From assembly GCF_009914755.1 (NCBI RefSeq), contig NC_060933.1: a stretch of DNA of 64,000 bases; one strand, given 5' to 3'. Both the position numbers and the translations under genes were made by a program. The notes under the pieces are model-generated. The model worked only from the letters and a program-made list of their open reading frames with translations. It was not told the DNA's origin and did not search any database. Positions 41,061-54,118 of the stretch are shown piece after piece; within the stretch, counting starts at the first letter, position 1; each line of letters begins with the position of its first letter. The stretch is from the human T2T-CHM13v2.0 reference genome, Homo sapiens.

Positions 41061-43183
41061 TACTTAGTGTTTTTCTATATTTAAAATTGAATCCTAATTA
41101 TACTGTTTTAAAATTCAGTTAATTTTGGTGATTTTGGAGCATGGGAAATGCAACTAAAAAAGAATGAAAAAAAAACCCACTATGATTTGACATCAGAAGA
41201 TATGAATCCTGGCTCAGTGACCACGAGCTGAAAGATTTGCTAAGTGTATCAGCCTCCCTGAATCTCAGTTCCTCGTCAATAAGCATAGGATAATTTCTCA
41301 TGTAAACAAAGGTTGGCTGAGGACCAAGGAAGAAGTGCCCGGTGGGTAGGTGGAGGCACTCAGTGAACTATAATGACTTCACAAGTGAGAGGAATTCTTA
41401 TTTGCTTTGTATCTGCAATTCTCATTGTACCTGTGCAAAACTCCAGCTTGGGAGAAGCGGGGTGTGAATGGTTTCATGGGGCACACGATGGGAGGGGAAT
41501 ATTTGTGAGGTCTCTTCCCAGTTAGGTGGAGCCACACCAATGGTGGGGAATTCAGCAATTCCTGTAAGGGGAAATTGGAAATTGTGCGTCTTTAGTTTTC
41601 CCGTTGGGTAGAGCTCAAAAACACACTTCTACCCTCTCAAATACTGTTGGTGAAAGTGAGACCTGGCATAGTGTTGTAGCAATTTGATAACCTGTATTGA
41701 GAACCTTCACAATATTCATTCCTTTTGAATGAGTAATTCAATTTCTAGAATTTATCTAAGGGAATTATTTTTAGCAAGAGAAGGGGAGCACTTAAGATGT
41801 GTAAAGATGTTCATTGCAGTTGTTTATTATAGTTAATGATCAAAAATAATCTGAAATGTGCAATCAGTGAGGGACCATGATCACATTGCCCTTCAGTGAG
41901 TTCTCTAAAATGGGAATGTAACATTGAAAAACATCTTAAGTGAAAAAAACAGGCTTAAAAAATTCAATCTATGGTTTAATTAAAAGTGTTTAAATCAAAC
42001 AAATTTAAGAAAACAAAAGATGACCAGTGGGAAAATACACTTTGTTTTAAATGGGGTTAGTTGTAACTAAGAAATCCATAGGCAGGACTCTGCCTCCCTA
42101 GACTAACAGCTCCAATGACTGAAGTTCACTGTCTTCTGTGCAAAGGAATCTTTATTTGGCTTTGGCTCAAGGCTAGGCCTTCATCTCATCTTCTAAAACC
42201 TAGAAGGAAGCTTTCAGAGGAAAATATAGATCAGAAGTAAAATTCGGATTAGAAGTTGGGGGGCTGAAGTTGTAGGATACGAGGGAGGGAAAGCCTACCT
42301 TTACCCTTGAACAATCATCATGACAACAACCTCCTAAGTCATCTTGAGTGTGCAAAGTGCTTTTCTGTACATTGTTCATTTAAATTGATTCCTCTTCAGT
42401 TTAGCTAGCTAATTATCCAAAATGTCTGTAAAAATTATGACAGAGGAGGGAAACACAGTTACTGATTTGGGGTCCATTCCCTTTACCCTTCTCATATTCA
42501 GGTATTTCCCCACTGTGCAGAATTCACTTTGAATCCAGCGGAAATTACCTAGGAGGAAAGAGCTGGGCTCAGGAAGGAAGCAGACATTTCACTGTGGCTT
42601 TATTCACGGGAGGCTCTCCAGACGTTTGGCAGGTCTTTTCTTACATGTGCCTACTGGACCTTGTGTTCTAAGAGGCACAGAACAGCTGTACACAGCCCAG
42701 TGTCACACAGCAAGTCAGGAGCGAGAATCCATGTAGAATTAAGATCTTTTTTTCCCTCCCTCCTGAATCTCTATCTAGCCCGTGTCTACTCTCCCACGGG
42801 ATTTTGTGTTGCTTTTTTTACCGTCTGTCTCAGCTTCAAAAAGGATCTGTTTTCTCTTATTATTTTCCCACATTGCTGCGGTTCAGAACCGTAGTGCATT
42901 TGTCAAATGCATTGTGTGTGTCTTCACCCCTGCAGCTTCCCTGTCAGATGATTCAATACAAGGCAATGATCTCTCCACTAAGGGGGAAGAAAGAAAGTGA
43001 GAAAGAAAGAAAACAGCTCAGAGCCCTTAACCCTGGGTTGTGGCTATTTTTCTCATAGACAGGCTGCTCTCTCTTATCTGATTGGAGCCTCCGTGTTCTC
43101 TGAATAGGAAATAAATCTCTACACAAAAATCCAAGGGTTAGTTTCCAGGTGTTTGATAGGAAGCTTTCATCCCAAGTGGTTTG

Positions 43184-43215
43184 TTTATTTATTTATTTAT
43201 TTATTTATTTATTTT
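43184..43215. repeat. (TTTA)n tetranucleotide repeat ~105 nt upstream of the 48-nt exon
   Basis: Direct reading, about 7 units. Confidence 0.95.
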
Positions 43216-43319
43216 TGTCGGGGGGAGTTTGTTGCATTATTTGACCAAGGACAGTGTTGACCACCTCCGGTTTCTACTTCTCTTTCGAAGTTTATTTTAT
43301 GTTTTGTTGTGGTTTTCAG

Positions 43320-43367
43320 ATTTCTCATGGTTTGGATTTGGGAAAGTAAAATCAAGACAAGGTGTTG
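43320..43367 (+). CDS. NTRK2: NTRK2/TrkB 48-nt alternatively spliced juxtamembrane cassette exon (phase 1-1)
   Basis: Acceptor ggttttcag| and donor G|gtaagt. Translates (D)FSWFGFGKVKSRQGV(G), the 16-aa insert of the long TrkB isoform. Frame-preserving. Confidence 0.97.
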
Positions 43368-44869
43368 GTAAGTAGTTAACTCACTCCTTCTTTGGATAAG
43401 TAATGAGTCTATGTTTTTATTCGGATGAAAATGCTTAGACCCTCTTTACATTCCACGGTCTTTGATTCATTTTCTGTGTTCCTGGTTTTTGATTTGTTGA
43501 AGAAGTAGGTCTAGAATTTTTCCAGAAAAGGCATTACTGTTGTTAATTGAGTTTAGTACATGGTTTTACATTTTTAGATTTGACTCGTTTTTATCCTGTG
43601 GGGGAAGTGTTAACTGTCGTTCCAGTTCTAGTTTGTGATGCATTTTTAAGAAGGTTAAGGAAATAAATACAACTACATTTCAGCTACATGTACAGGGAAT
43701 AGCTGACTGAATAGTCAAGCTGGACAAGTTTAGGTCTTAACTTTCTTCCATTGGCCAAGATGTAATAGAGTTCTGAATTGGTAAATCAGTTTCCATTTAT
43801 GACCATTCCTCTTTCAAAACAGATTCTAACGTCCAGACGCTGTGATTTCTGCTTGATTGCATTCTATTCCCTGCATTCAGACTATGTGCTGACAATTGAA
43901 AAGCAGTTTGTAGCTTACCAAGTGAATGCAGATGATGTAGCTCCTCATTAGAATTGAAATCAGGTGTGATCTCTTGGGACCTCTAATTTGTTCAGAATTT
44001 TCTATGGGTACAGAGACAATGAACAGGAATTGCTTAGAAGGCATGAAAAGACGGCATTCTTACATCTTTCATGTGGGTTTCCAAGATCCGACCATCTTGG
44101 GCATCTGTTGGTTAGTTATTCTTTTGGTAGCAAGGTTGGCCATAGGTAAAATGGCAAAGTAGGGGAAATGTACCAATGTCAGGAGGCTGCTCAATTCCAA
44201 ACCATCCACCCTATGCTTGTTCATCCTGGCCATATAAGGAGCTGTTTCCTGTCACTTTCCATCCTGACGTCAGACCTTGTCTTGTTGGGCAGTCTCTATC
44301 ACTGTCTGTCCAGTGATCCAAAAATGACCAGCCGGCTGAGGCAGCCTGGCCAGATGGGGCCTGGAGGGGGAAAAGTCACCTTGACTCTCGCTAGCTCCAT
44401 GGATTCCAAGGTTAAAGTTCTTAACCAGCAAAGGGGAAGTGGAGACTTGGCAAAGTTAGAACATGAAGCTCAAGTAGTCAGGGCTTCTAGGCAGCTCCCT
44501 AGGGGCAAATTTCAGACACAGCTGATCATAGTCACTTTGCCAAGATATCAGAGGGATGATCCTGCCTGGGCAGTCTTAAAGGTGTTCTGTTTTACGGGTT
44601 TGATGTGTATGCGTGCGTAGGTGTATCCCGTGTGTTTTTGGGGAAGGTGGTAATAAACTCTCCCATGACAGTCCTATAAGACAGGGTCTTGCTTCTGCTA
44701 AATAGCAAGTCATTGCAACCACTTAAATATTTTTCCAAGCCAATTTGCACTGCAGAAGGGTGCTTGTTCCCGGAAAGCTGCAAAAATGTGGTTTTACTGT
44801 TTTAGGCCACAGCAGAGAGCTCTTCAGAATTATTCTTCCGGCTGCAGTCCAGCAGAGGTGCTGCTCTTA

Positions 44870-45421
44870 TAAAACATAGGTTTCATTATTTTTCAAGTTT
44901 GGTGAGACCAACAATTTAGGAGATGATTGCCATTGAGAAGATAGTGTGTCACTCGTGGTTCCCAAAAGAAAGGGGCACACCATGGCATGCAGAGCCACGT
45001 GGGGAAGTGCTGGGATCCATTAAAAGGCAGAGGAGGGAAGGGAGAACTTGGGCAGGAGCTTTTAGTGTGTTTCCAGGTAAGGAACTGGGGAGGGAGGGTA
45101 AACAGGTTTAGGACTGGCTAGTCTGAGTAACTTCAACAGGCTCTAGGGTACAGGAGCTATCTAGAGTTGTCAAGTACTTGGCCCTGGGGTGGGGAGGGCA
45201 GGTGGATAGTGGCCTAGAGTGTGAGCCTCACATCTGGAAGGTGGTTGGGGTGTTGTCTCTGGATTGGTTGGTTTGCATTTGAAAGGCATGCTCCCAGGCA
45301 GGGTATTTACCATCTGTAGGAACTGACTCACCAGGGGTGGGAGGGGCCATTCCTCCAGGATTAGCACGGCCCCAGATGTCAAAGCACCAGAATCCAGAAT
45401 ATAAAAAGGCTTGCTTAGTAC
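44870..45421 (-). mobile_element. ERVL solo LTR (MER74-like), antisense to NTRK2
   Basis: Reverse strand reads gagcatgcctttcaaatgcaaaccaaccaatccagag...ccccaaccacc, typical of the MER73/74 group. Confidence 0.65.
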
Positions 45422-46590
45422 AGCTGCTCAAGAGTACTAACCCTTCCCCTCACCTTGAAGGCACTGTTGGTATTGAGAGAAGAAAACTCCCCCAGATGAC
45501 CTTCGTGATTCTTATCACAGGAAATTAAGTCTACATTAGGCTTAGAAATGTCTGTAAAGTCATAGTACAGGATGTGTGACCAAGCAGACATATTAAAATA
45601 AAAATGGGCTAAAAATGTTTCCAGACTTAACTCATGTTTTTCAGCTGAGTAATTAGAACTATTTACCCTAAATCAGCCAAGTGTGCACCTACCTCGCCAT
45701 TTAAAACTTTATATGAATATTATAATACATTTTTTCAAGTCCTCATATGAATTTCGTTTAACACACGGTGATGTGCCCCTTTATTCTTCTGTCTTTTTCA
45801 TGGTGCCTGCTCAAACACATGCATAGACATACAAAGACACATCCTGTGATATGCACAGACAGGCTGCTGTCAAATTATGTAGACATTCATTGTCCCGCTG
45901 AGAGCTTCTTCTGCCTTCTCAACTTTGCTGTGCTTTGCATTCCATTATATCAAAATGTTCACAGAAAAATGGGCTTAAACCCTGCAACCTTGCCAGCCAT
46001 ATCAATCTTCTAGGTTTTGGAACATCAATAATGAAGAAAACAGCACTTGAATTAATATCCCCCTTGATGAATTGCTGAGGTTTATGTGTTACTCACATTT
46101 GTCAACAGTGATTTTTCTGGCAAAGTGAAAAGGCTTTTGAAAAATTACCTGTGGTGCTTTTTACTGCTTCTACGCTTAATCCTCCCCTCGCTCCCCAAAC
46201 AAGAGCTCATTCCCTTGCAATCTGTTACATTGGAGTTGGGGGGTTTAATTGGAGAGGTTTAGGAAAGGAAAGGGTATCCCTTAGTGAGGAAGGAGAAGCA
46301 GAGAGCAAATCACTTGGTTGGACTCTTTAAGTGAGGGCTTCGCTGTGTACTTGGCAGAAGATTCAAAGTCTGAATTTGGGAATCTCAAGTTGTCTTCTAG
46401 GTATCAGCCTCCTCAAAAATGATTGAATGCTGCTCTGATGTTCATGAACTTCAGAGCATCCTGGGCCAGAGGAGAGTCAGAGAAGAAAGCAACTGGGGTC
46501 AATGCATTTCTAATGGTTCCAGGGGCTCCAGAAGGAAATATTGCTGGATCTCTGACAGCACGTGGAGTCTTTTAAAATGAAACTCCTGTA

Positions 46591-46802
46591 CAAAGGCATA
46601 AGAATGATACCAAGGACTTCCGGGACTGTGGGGAAAGGGTGGGAGGGGGGTGAGGGATAAAAGGCTACACATTGGGTACGGTGTTGCTGCTTGGGTGATG
46701 AGTGCACCAAAATCTCAGAAACCACTAAAGAACATATTCATGTAACCAAACATCACCTGTTCCCCAAACAACTATTGAAATAAAAAGAAATTTTAAGAAA
46801 AA
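46591..46802 (+). mobile_element. Short L1PB 3'-end insertion
   Basis: L1PB 3' UTR with A-rich tail. TSD gaaactcctg(t/c)a at 46579-46590 and 46803-46814. Confidence 0.9.
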
Positions 46803-47011
46803 GAAACTCCTGCATTTCTGGGGGTAAAGGTGGTGCCTGGAATCTACTGAGAAACATGCAGCCTTGGCTGCAGTCCTTCAGGGAGCGCAGGCAGTAGCAT
46901 GTTTTAGTAATCTTGCAGGAGGGAACAGCCATGCCGGGAACCAAGGAAGGGAGTCAGTGGTGAGAAGGTTTTGTTGACAAGATGCGGAAACCTTAGCATA
47001 ACACATCTTAA

Positions 47012-47317
<306 letters not shown>

Positions 47318-48867
47318 AACACATCTTCATTTTTAATTGATGGCCAGAAGCTGGATGATCTAGGCCTGTCAGGGAGCAAGTAGCAGAACAGGGATGATTA
47401 GGAGTATTGGAAAGAACTTGTCTTTGTAGTTATTCTTGGCAGGATTTCTGCTGTATCCTAATGCAGGTGAACTAGGCACAAGACGAACACAACTGATGGG
47501 TTTGCCTTTGCTTTTGAGTGTTCTGTGGCTTCTAAATTGGCTGTGTGAGGACTTGTTTGCAGAATTGAGCCGGAGCGCATCATTAAAGGCAGCTTCAATG
47601 CACATCCCCTTGAGAGAATGCTTCAAAAATTACCTATAATAAGAGTTGGCTGTCTCCTGCATAGTTTGTTTAAGACACTGCTTAGCTGGGGAATGTCCAA
47701 CTGTTATCACTACAAACTGTGATAATCTCCATATGAGGGGGAAAAATGGATCTTGGAGGTTGGGGGATGAGATATTATTATATTTCATAGGGGATTCAAG
47801 ACTGGATGACAAAACAACTTTTGTTTTCAGAATTGCTGTGCTTCTCACTAAAATAGTTAAGTGTGAGGGAAAAGGTAAAGGATGGAAGTGCTGAAACATG
47901 CATTTAGTAGGGGGGGTTGGAAGAAAGCACATTTCCTTGCGTAGGAAGTAGCAATTCAGACATTTCCCTGGCATGGCATTTGCCTTGGCTGGGCATTTGA
48001 TTCTGCCTTTTCACTCCCTATTGTCTTTTCTCTTTATTCTTTCTCTGGGCTTGTGCCAGTAGTCGGGTCAGTGGTCTGCTTCCATGGGACCCTGCCTGTG
48101 TAATACATATCTTGTGCACCTCGCACGTAGACAGTGCCTGTCATGAGCCACTGCCGTCTTCGTTGGTTTGAAGCTTTCACGTAGACCTTTACCTTTGTGC
48201 ATCTAATTTTGGTTGCAAACAGTATGAGTTTAGTGGCTAATGGGTAAATTGTTTAGACAAGATACAGTAGACTGTATGTGTGAGCATATACATTCTGAGA
48301 CTTTGGGCTAGAAAATTTGTCTTGTACAAAAAATGCTATGATTATTAATTTAGTATAAAGACACCAAGTTATGACTATAAATAGTATTACAGCTAACAAC
48401 AAAGCAGGTAACTTTGCCATGGGATTGATCCATTATTGTTATAAAAGTATTTTGTAGACAAAAGTGGTGCAGATACTCACAGAATATGAAGAAAGAGGAA
48501 TGTAGTCATAGGACAGTCAAATGTATATCTGGTCTACCAGTTAAAGTTCATTTAGTAATACCTAGTATTAATACATACTCATGAAGCATATTTAAATTTA
48601 TAATACATTTTCCTGTTACTAATCTCGTTCTAGTGTCATAAAATAAGCAAATATTATTTTGCATATAAGTCGATGTAGAGGTCCAAAGAAAGTAAGTGAC
48701 TTGTCCAAAGGGTAGAGAAAGGAAACTCAGATCCTGAAATTCCCAGAACAACTTTCAATGCTCTGTGAAATAGGGATCCCAGATTCATGTTGACAGTTTC
48801 AATGACAGAGTGTTCTAGAGACAATCATAGAACAGAGAGGAAAGCTACGTATTATCTTACAGGAGAA

Positions 48868-49487
48868 GGAAGTGAAGAAATTGGAGCTCTCATACACTGC
48901 TGGTGGGAATATAAAATGGTGCAGCCACTTTGGAAAACAGTTTGGCAGTTCCTCAAAATGTTAAATATAGAGCTACCATATGACCCAGTAATTCCACCCA
49001 AGAGAAATTAAAACACGTGTCCACATAAAAATTCGTATATGAATGTTCATAGTAGCATTATTCATAATAGCCAAAAAGCCAGAACAACCCAAATGTCCAC
49101 CAACAGATGAATGGATAAATAACATGCAACATATCCACACAATGGAGTATTATTAGGCAATACAAAGAAAGGAAGTACTAATACATACTACAATGTGGAT
49201 GAATCTTAAAAACATGATGTTAAGTGAAGGAAGCCAGTTACAAAAGACCACGTGTTATATGGTTCCATTCATATGAAATGCCAGAGAGATAGAGTGTAAA
49301 TCTGTGAATGTCTACGGCTGAAAGTGGAGAGAATGGGGAGTGAGTGCTAACTGGGTGATGAAAATGTCCTACAAGTAGATTATAGTGATTATTGTACTAC
49401 TCTGTGAATATACTAAAACCCACTGAATTGTATACTTTAAATGGGTAAATTTTATGTATGTGAATTACAGCTCAATAAAGCCATTGA
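48868..49487 (+). mobile_element. L1MB-type 3' fragment abutting the acceptor region of the Shc-site exon
   Basis: Recognisable L1 ORF2-end/3' UTR ending tgtgaattacagctcaataaagc. 11-bp direct repeat ttacaggagaa at 48857-48867 and 49488-49498. Confidence 0.9.
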
Positions 49488-49784
<297 letters not shown>

Positions 49785-52373
49785 TGATAGGGATGACTGG
49801 CGGGGAACAGGGTGCAGTGAAATGTTTGAGGATTCTTGCAGCTTTTGGCCCAGGAATAGATCCTTTAGTTTGTTGCTTATGGAATTCTCCGGGTGTGTCT
49901 CCTGCTGGGAAGGGAACTGTGGGCAGATACTGACTCTCTTGGGATCTATTTTCCAAAACCATTTGTCAATGTGAAGTTGGAATCAAGGCATGCTTATCTT
50001 GAAAAAGAGAGACAGAAACCAGAAGTGTCATTTGAATGCACATATATCAGTTATAGATGACAAGCAATGAATGTAATTTAAATTTAGCCTATAGAAAGTA
50101 ATTGAAATATGCACTCTAGGTAGTTGGGAAGGCACTGTGTTGCCCACAGGTGGTATCAGTTTGGGGAGTCCTGTATTCTTTGCTCAGTCCGAGTTCCCAG
50201 CATGAGGCCTTGTTGTGTTGCCACAATAGCAAAGAGACATGGCAGCAGATGATTTGCATATTAAGTACACTTACTTTCATTTTTCAAAAACAAATTAACC
50301 CATTAATCTCTGTTAGCAAGCTTGAGATTTTTCTAAGGGCCTTTTGTGCTATCTTCTGCACCACTGCTCCAATATTAAATGTGTAGCACAGCCTTAAAGA
50401 CAACAAAAAATAAACCCACAGTGGACAAACAGGCTTATGGCATTGCTTCCAGGCCTTCCTTCATATGTGAATAAGGGGCCGTGAGGGCTATGATGTCAGA
50501 TCCCAGAGATTCCCTGCCACTAAGGAGTGGGTATCATGCATGTTCCTATCCTGTCTTAAATACCATTCTCCTACCTTGTCATAGAGGTAAGGTAGAGGAT
50601 TACTGCAAGATTAGGCTTTGGGGGCTGCCTCTCTGTTGAGAGCTTTCATGGGATGAAGGGCCTTAGCAATGAGTATCAGATCTGTGCATATATAAGGAAA
50701 TATCTGTAACTTCATCCTATTCACTCAAATTTATCCCAAGGCATGTTTAAGGTTGGATATGAGTTTAAATGTTAGGAAGAACAGTATTATGAGCTTTTAA
50801 TGTGTGAGACTGGAATCCACCAGAGATTTTGGTTGACTCTGTAACATGACAAGATAAATAGAATAATGTGTGAAGAATATTGAGCTCCTTGAAATAAAAG
50901 GTATTAGTTGAAATTAAGGTATTATTAATCTTAATACTGTCATTGTGGTGTGAACAAGGTGAGTAGAGGCATTGCTTAAAATGTGCCTTCTTTGATGGGG
51001 TGAGCCTCCTCCAAAGATCCTTGGAATGCCCTGTACACAGAACTGTCAAATAAGGAGTAAGACTAAGCAGGATACTGTGATGGGAGCATCTGTCATCATT
51101 TTGATTGTTCTCCCTAGGAATAGAGTACTTTGACATTGACACCTCAGTCACCACCCGAACCAGGCCTATGATGCATTTCAATTAGCCTGAGGCTGTAGTA
51201 TAATTGAGGCTGATAAAATCAACATACCCTCAAAAAGTTGCTTTCCTTTGTGGAGGGAGGAAAGATAAAGCTGCATAATTAAGTAGACCCGATCAGCCCA
51301 ACAAGTCCAGTAAGAGAAATCGAACAAACGAGCAAGAGAGCAAACAAACAAAATAACAAATGAGATCCTCTAGTCAAAAGTGGGCTACATGTCTGGAAGT
51401 GCTTTCTTCCCTTAGAAATTCAGAAAGAAAGATTTCAAAGGTTATTTCCTTAATCTGGAGTCTGTGGAGATTTTTTGCAAAGGTTTGGGTTCCTTTTGGA
51501 GCAGTCTTGATTGTGTGGCTCAGTCATTCTGTGCCTCCTGTCAGTTTCTGGCCTCTACCCAAATGGCCAACCTCCATTTGGTCACTCCTTCTGTATAAAG
51601 TCTTGCTAGGCCCTGCACCCAACCGCAATGTCCCAGCTTAGTGTCCTCAGTCACTCCACACCATATATCAAACGAGATTTTCATTTTTCCAGGCAACAAG
51701 TCACTATACTCTTTCATGATTTTAAGAACACTTAAAATAACAAATCTTCCATGAATCCTTTTTCAAATAAATGAGAATGAAGAAGCGATTTACTTCTTTC
51801 CTTCCCTTCACCCTTTTGTAAATGTCATTTTTTATCTCATAATTTTTTTTCCTTTATCTTCGGTGTATCTGTGGCCTTTTGTTAAGTAGTGAGTATGAGC
51901 ACTCTCATGTGTTTCTGCAGTCTCTTTTAGGTTAGACTGTAAGCTCTTGGAGAGCAGGATCTTTATCTGTTGAACCATTCCTTCATAGCACAGGACGTGG
52001 TGTACCTTTGATGTCGGCCACATGTTGACCAGATGTAGCTTTATATTACTGAAATATTAATTTCTAGCAGATATGTAACAAGAAAGATGACTCATAATCA
52101 TTTTCATTGGTTTTATTCCTATCAAACTTGCCTACATAGTTGTTTATTTATTAGACATGTTTTTAACAATATATTAGCCAATTTAAACAGATTTAGATAA
52201 CAATTTTAGCAGAAATAGACTTTGGACAAAAAAATCTTTTCTTTGAACATTCTAATTGTAGTCGTGCAGAAATTAAAATATTTCAAAATGTATAGACCTG
52301 ACATGTAGATGAATCTGTTGGTGTAGGCCCATGAAATGTTGAGAACTTAGATTTCAATTAGATAATTCCCATT

Positions 52374-52376
<3 letters not shown>

Positions 52377-52422
<46 letters not shown>

Positions 52423-52603
52423 TATATATATACACACACATACATGTACTGTATATATACACACATATATAAGTATATGTACATATACCTATATGCACAC
52501 ATATAGGTATGTGTACATATATAAGTATATGTACATATACCTATATGCACACATATAGGTATGTGTACATATACATATACATGTACATATACATATATGT
52601 GGG

Positions 52604-52666
<63 letters not shown>
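52377..52666. repeat. Compound (TA)n/(CA)n/(TG)n repeat with two 52-bp tandem units
   Basis: Direct reading; units at 52463-52514 and 52515-52566. Confidence 0.95.
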
Positions 52667-52668
<2 letters not shown>

Positions 52669-52670
<2 letters not shown>

Positions 52671-52941
52671 TCTGTCACCCAGGCTGGAGTGCAATGGCAC
52701 AATCATAGCTCACTATAACCTTGACCTCCTGGGCTCAAGTAATCCTCTTGACATAGCCTCCTGAGTAGCTAGGACTCTAGGTACACACCGTCATGTCTGG
52801 CTAATTTTTTTTTATTTTTCGTTTTCATTTTTTGTAGAGATATGGTTCTCATTATGTTGCCCAGGCTGGTCTTGAACTCCTGGACTCAAGTGATCCTTCA
52901 CACCTTGGCCTCCCAAGGGAGGGAATGCAGGCATGAGCCCC
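52669..52941 (-). mobile_element. AluJ element (old, diverged)
   Basis: atcatagctcactataaccttgacctcctgggctcaag AluJ diagnostics. The tail position is occupied by the TA/CA repeat. Confidence 0.92.
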
Positions 52942-53479
52942 ATTGAATATTTTTTACAAATGAGCTTTTAAAGAACCTCCAAAGAAGGGCTCTTTCAAGA
53001 AGTTGCAATGATAAAAACATTTGAGAAGATCTCAGAGAGAGTTTAGAACACTTTCAATGTGCTTACAGCATAATATCACATGGACAGTACAATATCGCTA
53101 TTCTTATGGATCCAACAGAGACTTGAGCCAAAACCTGGCCTATTTACTTCTCTTTCCTAAAACTGCATGCTATTCAAAGATGTTGACTTTAGAATATACA
53201 TATGGTCTTACGAAGATCGCTGAATTGTAAGAATCTAATATATGTAAGATCTATATGTATGATCTTACTCATCTCACTGAATTTTAAGAATCTGACTTAT
53301 ATAATAAAGACGATTCATTACATATTTATTTATAACACTCTTTTAATACTAGGAACGAGAGATCTCTTGAAAATGATGGCTTGTTCCCTGCTCTCAAGGA
53401 GTCTCACTGGCAAGGCCAATGGTTAGATCATCATATAATCATAATGCAATGTGATAGACATTACAACAGGATAGGTTAG

Positions 53480-53732
53480 AGCACGGGTCCAAAACCCCAA
53501 TTACCAACAACGATCAGGCACGTCAATGCAAGAAACAGGCTGAAGGAAAAATGATATGGGCTAGTGAGGGCCATGCTGGAGTATGGGCCTGGTATTGACA
53601 GATACTATAATTTTTCCAGAGAAAACAGGTGTTTATTATTTTATGTGGATTCCCCAAGATTTAAGACACCGGGTGAGATAAATAAAAATATATCAGTGTG
53701 AGTCAGGTTTGGCTCACAGTCTACCACCTGGG
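53480..53732. mobile_element. MER103C-like element upstream of the T-Shc exon
   Basis: tttttccagagaaaac...ttttatgtggattcccc...tcagtgtgagtcaggtttggctcacag. Confidence 0.45.
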
Positions 53733-54089
53733 TGTGATACTCTGAGTTAGACTTGAAGGATCAATGAATAAAAACACCTTATTTTATAAATGATGCTCAA
53801 AAGTGGTTTGTCCAGAGTGACACAAGCTCAATACTTGCATAGTTTGGCTTTAAAAACAAAACAATAAACAAACATGATCAAATTCGACTTCTTAAAATGA
53901 TGCATAAAATCATTTAAGTGAAAGATGGTGATCAATTATATCCCTTGAAGTATGTTTTCACTATCTGGAGTGATATGAGGGTTTCATTTACAAAGTCCAG
54001 AGATGGTTTGCAGGATTGTAGAGCAATCTGAACAGGGCTGAATTCCTCCCGAGCACTTTCCAATAGCAAGTCTGTCTACTTTATTGCAG

Positions 54090-54118
54090 GGCCCAGAGGT
54101 TCCCCCAAGACCGCCTGA
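54090..54118 (+). CDS. NTRK2: Coding part of the TrkB-T-Shc alternative terminal exon (kinase-less isoform)
   Basis: Acceptor tctactttattgcag|. The last T of the previous exon plus GG gives W, then PRGSPKTA-TGA, matching the known T-Shc C-terminus WPRGSPKTA. Confidence 0.95.

Noticed and set aside
43181-43375. 64-aa ORF as an independent gene
   Set aside because: Only its last part is the real 48-nt exon. The rest is intron and (TTTA)n, with a non-ATG start.
44846-44864. CTCF-like motif ccagcagaggtgctg
   Set aside because: Mismatch in the core GGC. It cannot be supported without ChIP data.
48787-49011. ORF with similarity to the L1 ORF2 C-terminus ([21 protein letters not shown])
   Set aside because: A decayed fragment of the L1MB element, not an intact ORF2.
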